64,000 bases of DNA, from positions 33,889 through 97,888 of the forward strand of contig CAZYCV010000003.1 in the NCBI GenBank assembly GCA_964645305.1. Reading direction: 5' to 3'. Below are positions 10,267 through 19,252 of the stretch, in pieces. Below the pieces are notes generated by a model, which was not told the DNA's origin, did not search any database, and saw only the letters and a list, made by a program, of their open reading frames with translations. The translations under genes and the position numbers were made by a program. How positions within the stretch are numbered: the first letter of the stretch is position 1; each line of letters begins with the position of its first letter. This DNA comes from an uncultured Terracidiphilus sp. (GTDB lineage: Bacteria; Acidobacteriota; Terriglobia; Terriglobales; Acidobacteriaceae).

Positions 10267-10512
10267 TCAAGGGATCGGATTGACAGACAGAATCGCATTG
10301 ACAGTTTCCTCGAGTTCGGCAGCATCTCCCCACGTCAGATAAAAATCCATCGAATTGGTAACACTCGCTGGTCTAGTCGATGTGAGCTTGAAGTGGGTTA
10401 CGGAGTTTTTGGGAGTTGCTGTCTGATCAACCGCGAACTCCACATCGAGGGAATAACCATCTTGCTTTCCCTTTGCGTCAATCGTATTGAAGGTCATGAC
10501 TACTTTTTCCAT
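10267..10512 (-). CDS. Hypothetical protein (81 aa)
   Basis: GGAGGAG Shine-Dalgarno before the ATG at 10512; globular-looking composition. Confidence 0.65.
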   Translation of the reverse strand: MEKVVMTFNTIDAKGKQDGYSLDVEFAVDQTATPKNSVTHFKLTSTRPASVTNSMDFYLTWGDAAELEETVNAILSVNPIP

Positions 10513-10577
10513 GGCTCCTCCTTGGGAGTATTGAATACCATTCTCGGGGCAGGCGGCCCGGTCATCCAAGTAACCGG

Positions 10578-10692
10578 GGCTGTGCCGCGTCCACCGCGTT
10601 TCTGGCGATGAGCGGGCGTCATGGGAGCTGTGGGTGGTGATGGGATGCGACCCATTTATCGCGACAATAAAACCGTGATGAACAGGGTGGGT
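10578..10692. repeat. Degenerate REP-like palindromes (family-A variants)
   Basis: GTGCCGCGTCCACCGCGTTTCTGGCGATGAGCGGGCG and CCCATTTATCGCGACAATAAAACCGTGATGAACAGGG imperfect hairpins. Confidence 0.45.
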
Positions 10693-10856
10693 TACATTTC
10701 CAATTTTGATGGCAATCACGGGAGCCAGAAAGAGCGATCAGGCCATCTGCCAAGACGGATCTTGTTTCAATATTTCGCTCCTGAAAACGACGACGGCCGG
10801 AGCGCCAACGGGATGTACTCCATCGCTTGCTCCGGCCGCAGGAAACTTCAGTTTAG

Positions 10857-11525
10857 TTAGTTGCCGCTGCTTGCCTTTTTCTTCGAGCTCTGCTCGCCGC
10901 CGAACTGGAAGAAGAGACCGCCCGTGATCTGGCTCACTCCGCTGGTGAAGTTTGTTCCACTCTCACTGAAGAAAAGATCGCTATAGCGGTATTCAGGCCG
11001 CACACCCCAATTCTTACCGAGGTAGAGGCTAAGGCCGCCACCGAAATCGACATAAGCTCCGCTGACGCTACTAGAGGCTCCATTTGCAGAATCCGAATAC
11101 GATGCACCACCGCCACCTACCAAGACATACGGTACAATCTTGCCATTACCGTAGGAATAGCGCAAGTTAGCGCCATAGAGTTGAGTCTTAAACGTGATAG
11201 AGGGAACAGATTCACCTTCATAGGTTATCGCATCCGTTGAACCCAGGGGAATGTACTGGAATTCCCCCAGCACAGCGAGACTTTCTGAGAGGTTATATCC
11301 GGCAGAGGCGCCAAATGAGTATGCTGATGCCTTGAATGTGGGGTCGAGAGGTGAACCACTAACTGTACCGAAGCCTTGGCTAGTATTCCATCCTGTATTC
11401 CAGCCACCGCTAACCGCCAGTTCGCCCGAGCCTGAAGCAACCTGCGCCTGAGCAGAATTCGACAGGGCAAGAAGCAACGCTGTAGCGCAAAGTCCTACAA
11501 AGACACTCTTGATGATTGACTTCAT
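10857..11525 (-). CDS. Outer-membrane beta-barrel protein (OmpA/OmpW-like)
   Basis: Signal peptide ending AQA; PYVLVGGGGA, VDFGGGL, GVRPEYRY, GGLFFQFG strands; AGGAG RBS. Confidence 0.85.
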   Translation of the reverse strand: MKSIIKSVFVGLCATALLLALSNSAQAQVASGSGELAVSGGWNTGWNTSQGFGTVSGSPLDPTFKASAYSFGASAGYNLSESLAVLGEFQYIPLGSTDAITYEGESVPSITFKTQLYGANLRYSYGNGKIVPYVLVGGGGASYSDSANGASSSVSGAYVDFGGGLSLYLGKNWGVRPEYRYSDLFFSESGTNFTSGVSQITGGLFFQFGGEQSSKKKASSGN

Positions 11526-12088
11526 TTCAATCTCCTGATCCATTGCGGATCGGTTTGGGGAAGGACCTCCCTGGTTCTTCCAGCAGTTTGCATTGCACTC
11601 GCCATCCATCCCAGAGAAAATGAACAGAGGCGAGCACGCCTCCCGAAGTACATCAACGACCATCATAATGTAGACAGTCGGTCCGCCGAAATTATTTTTT
11701 GCGGGAGGGAAACAGATTTCGCGCGGCGATTGGTCCCGCAAATGACGCGTTACCAACATATAGAAGACACCAGCCAAAGGTCAATACGTCTTTAGGCGTA
11801 TGAGTCAAGTGGAGAAAGCAAGTCTAGAAACAGCTCTCGAATATTCAGGCCGCATGAAGAAATCATCGATGAAAAACAGGCACGGACGAGGAGACCGTCG
11901 CCACATATTTACTCTGAGATCATCGTAATTGTGAAACTTTATCGATAAATGTAACAGGCAATCTACCTTTGCAAACTCGCCGCAGATGGAAGACCGGCAA
12001 CCAGGCGTCTCACTCCTTTTAGATGGCGTGAAGGCCGGTTGCCGGTTCTGGAAGAGTATAAAACTACGGCCAAAAAGCCGCCACACAA

Positions 12089-12334
12089 TTATGCCGCAAC
12101 ACCCATCAACTCTGCCGGCGCTTCGCGTACCGGCATGAGCGCGGGCGGCCGATGGGCGGAAAAGCAGACGGTTTGATGCTCTTCCAGTTCATAGCGGGCA
12201 CGCTCCATCTCGACATTGATCTGGGCGGCCAATCGCGTACTGATGCGATAACAGGCCGAGGAACGGGCCTCAAGGTACTCGCCCAGCCGGGTCAGATACA
12301 CTCGTTCCAAATTTGCGCACATCAAGCATTTCAT
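12089..12334 (-). CDS. Hypothetical small Cys-containing protein
   Basis: GGAGGAG RBS; N-terminal CxxC and C-terminal HxxxC. Confidence 0.65.
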   Translation of the reverse strand: MKCLMCANLERVYLTRLGEYLEARSSACYRISTRLAAQINVEMERARYELEEHQTVCFSAHRPPALMPVREAPAELMGVAA

Positions 12335-12384
12335 TGCTCTCTCCTCCGGTCTTTCGTTGACTTTTCCGTGGTCAAAGCATTGTT

Positions 12385-12660
12385 TCAAGCGGGGAATCCA
12401 TAATGCTGGGTTGATTTTTGAGTTTCCATGGGCGCGCTCATGCGGCTTGCGCTCCCCATCATGGCGATGAACAAGTTGGAATTAGAGTGCTCCAACATAA
12501 AGTCCTCGGCAAAAGTGGACTGTTTAGAGTTGATTTCACCGGGTTCCACCCCAGAATCGGCGACGCGATCGGCCTGCCCGATCTGCCTGAATGAACGATG
12601 ATTCCTATTCCGGCCAGCAGAGAGGCGATTGGTTGATTCGTATTCCTTGAGGCTGCTCAT
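12385..12660 (-). CDS. Hypothetical protein (91 aa)
   Basis: AGGAG RBS before the ATG at 12660; no recognisable motif. Confidence 0.4.
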   Translation of the reverse strand: MSSLKEYESTNRLSAGRNRNHRSFRQIGQADRVADSGVEPGEINSKQSTFAEDFMLEHSNSNLFIAMMGSASRMSAPMETQKSTQHYGFPA

Positions 12661-13513
12661 AATTCGACTCCTAAATCGAAAGGTTGCTGGACCAAGTATG
12701 CTCGTCTCCCGTAAAAATTCAAGGGTCACGGCGAGAAGAAAGTCACTGGATTATACTCATCGAAGCAATTCGGGAATGCGCTCACAGCTTTCCCGCACCC
12801 TTGGATTAAAACTCTCCAAGGAGGCGTCCAACACTTGCTTCGATTGTTTGTTGAGGCCTGAGTTGCCTCTCGGGGAAAAATGCAGGAGTGACTAACTCCA
12901 GATGGTCTGCCTGTCTTCAGGCAATCTGGACGGGATTTGAGATATCCCTTCTCCTACAGTGGTACGCCGAATTCTCTTCTGTGTCAAGCGGACGGCCTGT
13001 TAATTTCTCAAGAAGAACTAAGGTGTTCTCCGAGCGCGGAGCGGAGCGGACGTGCGCACTTTTCAAGCCAGGCGGCGGGGCGGGTTTTGCCGGCCGAGTC
13101 GTCGGTTCCGATAAGCTCTGCTCTCCATCGCTGCTGGGCGCAGTCTAAAGAAACAGGATCTGAGGTGTTTGCCGCGGAGCGATCTGCGGGTTGCCACCCT
13201 GTCCTGATACACTTTTCTAGGAGTTTCACTCCGGCGATCCACCGGCCGGCAAGGGGTGGGCGCGCGGATGCCGAAGCCGCAATTGAGTCTGGAGACGGCT
13301 GGTTTTTCCCGGGGTGGAAGGCTTCTTCCGGTGTGGTTTAACTCTCTACTGTTTGATTTTGGCTTGAAACCGGTGTGCTTCTTCGCAGAGAAGCAACTGT
13401 GAGACGGTAGCCAAAACCTGCCGTGGAGGTAAGTTTTGCGCTGTACAGCAATTATTCCGACTGGTTCGGGAGGGACCGTTCCGCGGCGAGAAAAAGCGGA
13501 GCGGGGAGGATTC

Positions 13514-16500
13514 ATGCGGCGGTTTCTTACGCTTATCAGCTTATTGTGCCTGGCCATTCCGGCCGGGGTTTCGATCTCAGGTTGCTCCCGTGATCCGGGA
13601 TACGACTACTGCAATGGCTTGGGATATGGAATGAAGACCTCGGATGTGGCGTCGATCACGCTGCAGCCCGCAACGACGGGCATCTCGATGGCCTTTGGGC
13701 AAACCCGAAATATCACCACGCCGGCGGCCATAAACTGCAAAGGCGCCAGCGTCACGGTCAGCACCTATTATTTCGGAACATCCAACAACCAATTGGTGGA
13801 TATTTCGCCGAACGGCAATATGTGCGCAGGTACCTGGAACCGTAACTCTGGCGGCGGCATCGGTAGTTACACCATCTGCAATCCGCCGGACCCGGTGCCC
13901 TCAACCGGTGGCCTGCCCTATTCCGTTGTGTATATCACGGCGAGCGCGCAATCGATTGTCTCCAATCCGGTGCCCGTTTTTGTGCATATTCCGGCGACCT
14001 CTGTCAGTCTGATTACTACACCTTCGAGCGGCACCGCAGGTCAGCAGTGCTACTCCCAGGGCACGTCGGCCGTTCTGGACGCGCAGGTTTGCTATGCCGG
14101 AGCCGGCAATCAGCAATACCTGCTCTGCGCGCCATCCTCGGTGACCAGCGCAAACAGCGCCTGCCCCATGCCTCCCACAGTTACGCCCAATATCATCGCC
14201 AACGGCACATTCACCGCTGCGCCGGCTTCCACCGGCAACCTTGTGGCTGCCGCCTATACATCCGGCGGATCAGTTACCGGAAGCGCTGGGCAGACCTGCG
14301 TGGTCAACAACTTCAACAACAGTCCAGGCGCCACAGCGCTGGTTTACCTGACGGGAACGAATGCAATCGCAACTGGAACTGCCCTGAGCTTGACGGCGGA
14401 GGGATCAGGCGCAACACAGCCGTCGACCACGGCCACGCTCTCCAGTGGTTCGGCGACCTGTTCGGGAAGCGCAGTCATTACGTCTTCGCTGGGACCAATC
14501 TCCGGCAGCGCTGGCCAATCCTGCAATCTGACTTTGTTCAATAACGGTTCGGCCGGTGCCACGGCTACAGTTGCCCTGACCGGTGCCAATACCATCGCGC
14601 CAGGAGCGCCTCTGGTGATTACCTCTGGAGGAACAGGTGCCACAGCGCCGCCCACGACCGCGCAGCTTACCAGCGGGACGGCGGCTTGCTCGGGAACCGC
14701 TTCTGTGGCCACAACGCTGACGCCGATTCCATCGTGCAGCGCGGCGGTTGGTGTACTGAGCTACTCGGTGAACAACGCCCCGATTGCCGCAATCAATTCG
14801 AATACGATTACGAACCAGGCGATTATTTCCGCCCAACTGCCGGGCACGACGGCTATTACCGCCTCGCTGTCCACTTCGGGATCATCAGCCGGTTTCTTCT
14901 CCACCTGCCCTCCCAAGGCGATCTCGTTGACGCTGGCCAACGGAGAAAAGGTCGGCACCATTACACAAGGCGTGACGCAGAATCTGGTCACCAGCGTCCA
15001 CGACACCAACTTGGCTCTCTGCCCGGTCACGAGTACGAATCCGACTGGCGGATGCCCCATCACCGGCCTGTCGCTGACCTACCAGTCCACCGACACCGTT
15101 GATATATCGGTGTCCAGCAGTGGCGCTGTCTCCACCAACTTTCCCGGCGTGGCATCGGTTTACGCCCTCTGCGAGCCTTCCGGTTGCAACCCCGCCCCCA
15201 TCTATGAGGCTGGATTGTTTGGCACGGGACTGCCCATATCCTCCAATGCGGTCACCATCACTACTCCCGGCACGGACACCGACTATCTTTGGTTTGCCGC
15301 GCCCGGACAGTCGCAGTATGTGATCCCCGTGGACTTGCTGACCGGTACGGTGGGCTCGGCCGCGCGTCTGCCTTATGTGCCGAATTCGATGGTGATGGAT
15401 CCGGGTGGAAATGCCATTTACTTTGGATCGCCCCATGAAATGATCACTTTTTATACTGCGTCTGGCTCCGTTGCCTCGCAGAATATCAATGCTCCTGGAG
15501 TGGTGCTGGCTGTTTCTCCCGATGGCACGACCGTGCTCGTGAATGATCAGGAGCGCGATATCTTCTATCTTGTGAATGGCACATCCAACTCCACCACTTC
15601 TTTTGGCGGTTTGGGCAATGCGGCTGTCTGGACTCCCGACTCGCAGACTCTCTATATCACGGACAACGCGTTGCTGAACGACTCTTCCCAAGGTATCAGC
15701 GGCCACACCGACACGTTGTATGTTTACAACAAAAACACTGGCTGGGTTACCTATCCGCTGCCGCCCAGCCCGCTGTCAAATTCGCTGCCGCCGGGAGTGC
15801 TGCCGCCTCAGGTTCCTTATTCTCTGCCTGCCAATACGCTTTCGCCGAATGTGGCGCTTTCCAGCACCGTGCAGACTCCGGCCATCGTCATTCCTTCCGT
15901 TGGCGCCTACCTCCGCGGCGCACCCACCGTGGCCCATACCTGGTGCCCGGATGGAAAGGTTGGCGACTACAACAGTATGTTCTTCTATCCGGGGCCAGAT
16001 CAGACCGCCGATAGCACGGTTGATAATCTGGTGAACGTTCAGTCCGATGTTCTGACCGCGACCACGGACGGACAGCATATTCTGAGCGCTTCCGCCACCA
16101 ACGGCGTGCTCTCGCTGGCCGACTTGAACGACACCATTCCTGCGCTGAACTGCCAGGCGCCCAACGATCCGCTGCTCCTTGGAGATACGCTCTCGCCGCT
16201 GGTGCTGCAAAATCAACTCAACACCACACAGCTTGCTCCCGCGGCATCCGTGGGCAGCCTTTACGCCACTGCGGTCAATCGGATCATCGCGTCGCCGGCC
16301 TCGAATCTGGCTTTCATCACCTACACGGCGCTGGAATCCAACACCAATGCCTTGCTGCCGTACTATCAGCCGAATACTACCGACCCCTCTCAACCAGGAA
16401 CGGTTGGTTATGTGCCGCTGACTACGCAGAAGGGCGGTACATCTCCCAGCGCGCCTCTGGCCGGAATCTTCACTCCGGACAACAAACTCTTCTTTGTTTC

Positions 16501-16711
16501 TACGGCGGGTGACAACATGGTTCATATCATCAGCATTCCCACCAGCGTCACCCCGGCGACACCGCCCACCGACACGCAGCAGATCAGCCCCAACCTGCCG
16601 GCCTGCACGCCAGTTTCGATGGGTGGCAATGATCTCGGTTGCACCTTTACCGGAAGCGGCTCGGTTGTCCCGGCCACCTCCATCGCCATCAAGCCGCGCT
16701 CGATCACCTAG
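13514..16711 (+). CDS. Large secreted/lipoprotein-like protein, Cys- and Ser/Thr-rich, with Ig-like and beta-propeller-like regions
   Basis: GGAGGA RBS; signal peptide with ISGC; AVSPDG, AVWTPDS, IFTPDN propeller-blade motifs; internal duplicated GSAGQxC...NN..GATA segment. Confidence 0.85.
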   Translation: MRRFLTLISLLCLAIPAGVSISGCSRDPGYDYCNGLGYGMKTSDVASITLQPATTGISMAFGQTRNITTPAAINCKGASVTVSTYYFGTSNNQLVDISPNGNMCAGTWNRNSGGGIGSYTICNPPDPVPSTGGLPYSVVYITASAQSIVSNPVPVFVHIPATSVSLITTPSSGTAGQQCYSQGTSAVLDAQVCYAGAGNQQYLLCAPSSVTSANSACPMPPTVTPNIIANGTFTAAPASTGNLVAAAYTSGGSVTGSAGQTCVVNNFNNSPGATALVYLTGTNAIATGTALSLTAEGSGATQPSTTATLSSGSATCSGSAVITSSLGPISGSAGQSCNLTLFNNGSAGATATVALTGANTIAPGAPLVITSGGTGATAPPTTAQLTSGTAACSGTASVATTLTPIPSCSAAVGVLSYSVNNAPIAAINSNTITNQAIISAQLPGTTAITASLSTSGSSAGFFSTCPPKAISLTLANGEKVGTITQGVTQNLVTSVHDTNLALCPVTSTNPTGGCPITGLSLTYQSTDTVDISVSSSGAVSTNFPGVASVYALCEPSGCNPAPIYEAGLFGTGLPISSNAVTITTPGTDTDYLWFAAPGQSQYVIPVDLLTGTVGSAARLPYVPNSMVMDPGGNAIYFGSPHEMITFYTASGSVASQNINAPGVVLAVSPDGTTVLVNDQERDIFYLVNGTSNSTTSFGGLGNAAVWTPDSQTLYITDNALLNDSSQGISGHTDTLYVYNKNTGWVTYPLPPSPLSNSLPPGVLPPQVPYSLPANTLSPNVALSSTVQTPAIVIPSVGAYLRGAPTVAHTWCPDGKVGDYNSMFFYPGPDQTADSTVDNLVNVQSDVLTATTDGQHILSASATNGVLSLADLNDTIPALNCQAPNDPLLLGDTLSPLVLQNQLNTTQLAPAASVGSLYATAVNRIIASPASNLAFITYTALESNTNALLPYYQPNTTDPSQPGTVGYVPLTTQKGGTSPSAPLAGIFTPDNKLFFVSTAGDNMVHIISIPTSVTPATPPTDTQQISPNLPACTPVSMGGNDLGCTFTGSGSVVPATSIAIKPRSIT

Positions 16712-16735
16712 CATCGAGCGGCAATCAGCATCATC

Positions 16736-16768
16736 AAAAAGGACCGGCCATGCGCCGGTCCTTTTTTG
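16736..16768 (+). terminator. Rho-independent terminator (possibly bidirectional)
   Basis: AAAAAGGACCGGC-CAT-GCGCCGGTCCTTTTTT. Confidence 0.85.
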
Positions 16769-16801
16769 TGGTACGCAGTGCATGAATGATAGCTTGGGTA
16801 C

Positions 16802-16834
16802 GGGTGCCCCCGGTCTCGATTTTGAGACCGGGGA
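16802..16834 (+). repeat. Family-A REP-like element
   Basis: GGGTGCCCCCGGTCTCGATTTTGAGACCGGGGA; identical to 49404-49436. Confidence 0.85.
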
Positions 16835-16918
16835 GACTATGAAGCCAATTCGGTTTCTCTTGCCGTCTTCGGTACTTGAAAATCGGCTTTCCCACCCCCC
16901 GCACGATAGAATGGAATC

Positions 16919-17788
16919 ATGATTAAAGGGATTTCTTTTCTCCGCCCAACGAGCAGCGCAGCCGCCTTTGAGCGGTTGGCGAGCTTCTTTTCCGCGCTGG
17001 GATTCGCTTCCGGCAAGGGCTGGACAGAGGAGAGCAGTCGAGGTGCGGCCTTTCTGGCCCCGCTCGGCAATTTGGAGTTTGTGGATGGCCAGTTCCCTGC
17101 AACCGCGGACGTGCTGGTCGAGGTGACTGCTCTGGATGCCGTCCACCAGGCCGCTGCAAGTTGGCTGCGAGCCCAGGGCGGCCAGGAGGCCGTCGCGCGC
17201 CTTTCAGCTATCGCCGAGACGCACTGGAAGTCGCGCCTCTTCACCGTCGAGCCGGAGCCGGGATTTTCTTTTTCGTTTTGGGCATGGACCGATCCGGTCA
17301 AAGGCAAACCGCTGGCCGTTGAGGGGGATCTCTCCGCCGCTGGAATGAAATTTGCCATCGTGGTTGCCCGCTGGAATGCAGTCATCACCGAGCGGCTGCT
17401 GGAGGGCGCGCTGGACGCCCTGCTGCGGAGCGGCGCAAAGCGGGACGATATCGAAGTTGTGCGCGTTCCCGGCGCATGGGAGATTCCTTCAGCCGCCCGC
17501 GCTTTGGCCGAGGCGGGCAAGGTGGATGCCATTATTCCGCTGGGCTGCCTGCTGCGTGGAGAGACAGCGCACTACGAGGCCATCTATAACGAAGTGGCGC
17601 GCGGCATCGGCCAATCGCAGCAAGAGACCGGCATTCCGCACAGCTTTGGCGTGCTCACCTGCGAGACGCTGGAGCAGGCCCTGAACCGCGCCGGAATCAA
17701 GGCCGGCAACAAAGGCTTTGAAGCGGCCCTCGCGGCCATTGAGATGGTCAGCCTCAACCGCAAGATCAAGACAGGCGGCACCATTTGA
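16919..17788 (+). CDS. ribH: 6,7-dimethyl-8-ribityllumazine synthase with an N-terminal VOC/glyoxalase-like domain
   Basis: C-terminal half has ARWN, VPGAWEIP, GETAHY, GNKG; ~130 extra N-terminal residues; upstream of nusB. Confidence 0.95.
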   Translation: MIKGISFLRPTSSAAAFERLASFFSALGFASGKGWTEESSRGAAFLAPLGNLEFVDGQFPATADVLVEVTALDAVHQAAASWLRAQGGQEAVARLSAIAETHWKSRLFTVEPEPGFSFSFWAWTDPVKGKPLAVEGDLSAAGMKFAIVVARWNAVITERLLEGALDALLRSGAKRDDIEVVRVPGAWEIPSAARALAEAGKVDAIIPLGCLLRGETAHYEAIYNEVARGIGQSQQETGIPHSFGVLTCETLEQALNRAGIKAGNKGFEAALAAIEMVSLNRKIKTGGTI

Positions 17789-18243
17789 CCGCCGGGCAGC
17801 AGGGTGGAACTGGACATGGGACCGGACACGGTTCTAGCCGCCGCAAATCGCGCGAGCTGGCCATGCAGATGCTCTATCAGGCGGATATCGGCAAGCAGAC
17901 GCCGGAGCAGGTGCGCGCCAACTTCTGGCTGGCCGCGGACGATGTTGAACCGGATGTGCAAGGCTTTGCCGAAGATCTCTTCCGCGTGGCCATCGCCCAT
18001 CAGGAGCAGATCGACGAGCTGCTGGTGGCCAACTCCAAGCACTGGCGTATCGAGCGCATGCCCGCCGTCGATCGCAATTTGCTGCGCATGGCCGTCGGCG
18101 AGATGATCGGCTTCAAAGGCACGCCCTTCCCCATCGTCATCAATGAAGCCCTGGAGATCGGCCGCCGCTACTCAGCGCCTGAGTCGATCAACTTCCTGAA
18201 CGGAATGTTGGACTCGATTGCCCGCGGGCTGATCGGGAAGTGA
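17785..18243 (+). CDS. nusB: Transcription antitermination factor NusB
   Basis: RRKSRELAMQMLYQ, VDRNLLR, INEALE, FLNGMLD; start overlaps the ribH stop. Confidence 0.95.
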   Translation: MTAGQQGGTGHGTGHGSSRRKSRELAMQMLYQADIGKQTPEQVRANFWLAADDVEPDVQGFAEDLFRVAIAHQEQIDELLVANSKHWRIERMPAVDRNLLRMAVGEMIGFKGTPFPIVINEALEIGRRYSAPESINFLNGMLDSIARGLIGK

Positions 18244-18319
18244 ATCGGGACAAAAGGGTGAAGCGCCACTGCCCAAAATCGGCCTAGCATTCTGTTCTGA
18301 ATCCGTGTAGTCTCATTTT

Positions 18320-18397
18320 GGAGTCCCCTATAGGTGAAAGCCAGCTTCATGCTGTGCGTTCCGAAAGGAACCTAGCCTACTGCGGGTCTCTTTTTTT
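18320..18397 (+). ncRNA. Candidate ~80-nt structured small RNA (three-way junction with U-tail)
   Basis: Closing stems GAGTCCC/GGGTCTC and TAGGT/GCCTA; hairpins CAGC-TTCAT-GCTG and GTTCC-GAAA-GGAAC; T7 run; TAGTCT -10-like box at 18308. Confidence 0.45.
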
Positions 18398-18511
18398 GCC
18401 TTCAAGCGGGTTTTCGGGCGTGTAGTTGGTCTTCGGATACCGTTCAAAATCAAAGATATCCTGCACTAGCGCGATCTTCTCCCGTAAAAACCTGTAGTAG
18501 CGGTTATCGCC

Positions 18512-18604
18512 GAGTGCCCCAGGTCCCGCTTTTAAAGCGTTTTCGCATTTACTATAAACTTCCGTGCCCCATCCATTCCGCGTTTTTCAGCGGAATGGGT
18601 GGGA
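18512..18604 (+). repeat. Family-A REP-like elements (one partial, one long-hairpin variant)
   Basis: GAGTGCCCCAGGTCCCG...; GTGCCCCATCCATTCCGCGTTTTTCAGCGGAATGGGTGGGA resembles 29475-29514. Confidence 0.7.
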
Positions 18605-18761
18605 AAACCAACAGAACTGTGGTCTACACAATTTCCGAAAACACTCTAGGATATTGGAGGGCAACATTTCCCTAGGCCACAAGCACTCGCGCTTGGGAGT
18701 GAGTGTGGGTTCTCCTGCACTGTGATTCTGATTTCTTGCCCAAGTTGCAGCAGCAAACGCA

Positions 18762-18983
18762 TCAAGCGGCTTTAGCCACATTTTTCGCAGCCACAAGCAG
18801 CACACGCAGCGCCTCGTTCACGGAATCCGCGTCGGGAAAGGCGGCGGCAACGTCGGGTGCCAGCGTCACCATCACCACATCCTGAGGAAAACGCTCTACA
18901 TATTTGCCGCGAACGGCATGAGTGAAATCGTATTCTTTGCGCATATCCTCTTCCTTTTCAATGAAATTGAGATTGCTGCTCAT
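18762..18983 (-). CDS. brnA: BrnA-like antitoxin
   Basis: MRKEYDF..AVRGKY..V.LAPDVAAAF..SVNEALR; overlaps the brnT end. Confidence 0.8.
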   Translation of the reverse strand: MSSNLNFIEKEEDMRKEYDFTHAVRGKYVERFPQDVVMVTLAPDVAAAFPDADSVNEALRVLLVAAKNVAKAA

Positions 18984-19251
18984 ACCTCCTCCTTTCCCTG
19001 GGCTCAGCTTTTCGCGCGCTGATGAGCCGAATTGTCCGATCATCATCAGTATGCACCACAACCAGAAGTAATTGTCGAAATGATTTTCCGAGGGCGAGCC
19101 AACGCTCCTCTTCTTGAGAATGCTCCATATCGGGTTGAACCATCAAGAGTGGATCGCGAAAAACTGTCGCCGCTTCCTCGAAATCTACGTCATGCTTTCC
19201 CTTATTGAGTAAGGCCTTCGCAGGATCCCAGAGGATTGACTGGAAAGGCAT
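18958..19251 (-). CDS. brnT: BrnT family toxin (ribonuclease)
   Basis: WDPAKALLNKGKHDVDFEEA, EERW, IRLISARKA..ERRRYE. Confidence 0.92.
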   Translation of the reverse strand: MPFQSILWDPAKALLNKGKHDVDFEEAATVFRDPLLMVQPDMEHSQEEERWLALGKSFRQLLLVVVHTDDDRTIRLISARKAEPRERRRYEQQSQFH

Positions 19252-19252
19252 C

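Noticed and set aside
11992..12046. ACCGGCAACC...GGTTGCCGGT inverted repeat
   Set aside because: Most simply a 3' hairpin of the 12089-12334 gene; single copy, with no element features.
12700..13500. Long intergenic region possibly holding a riboswitch or ncRNA
   Set aside because: I could not identify a recognisable aptamer consensus or a convincing structure by eye.
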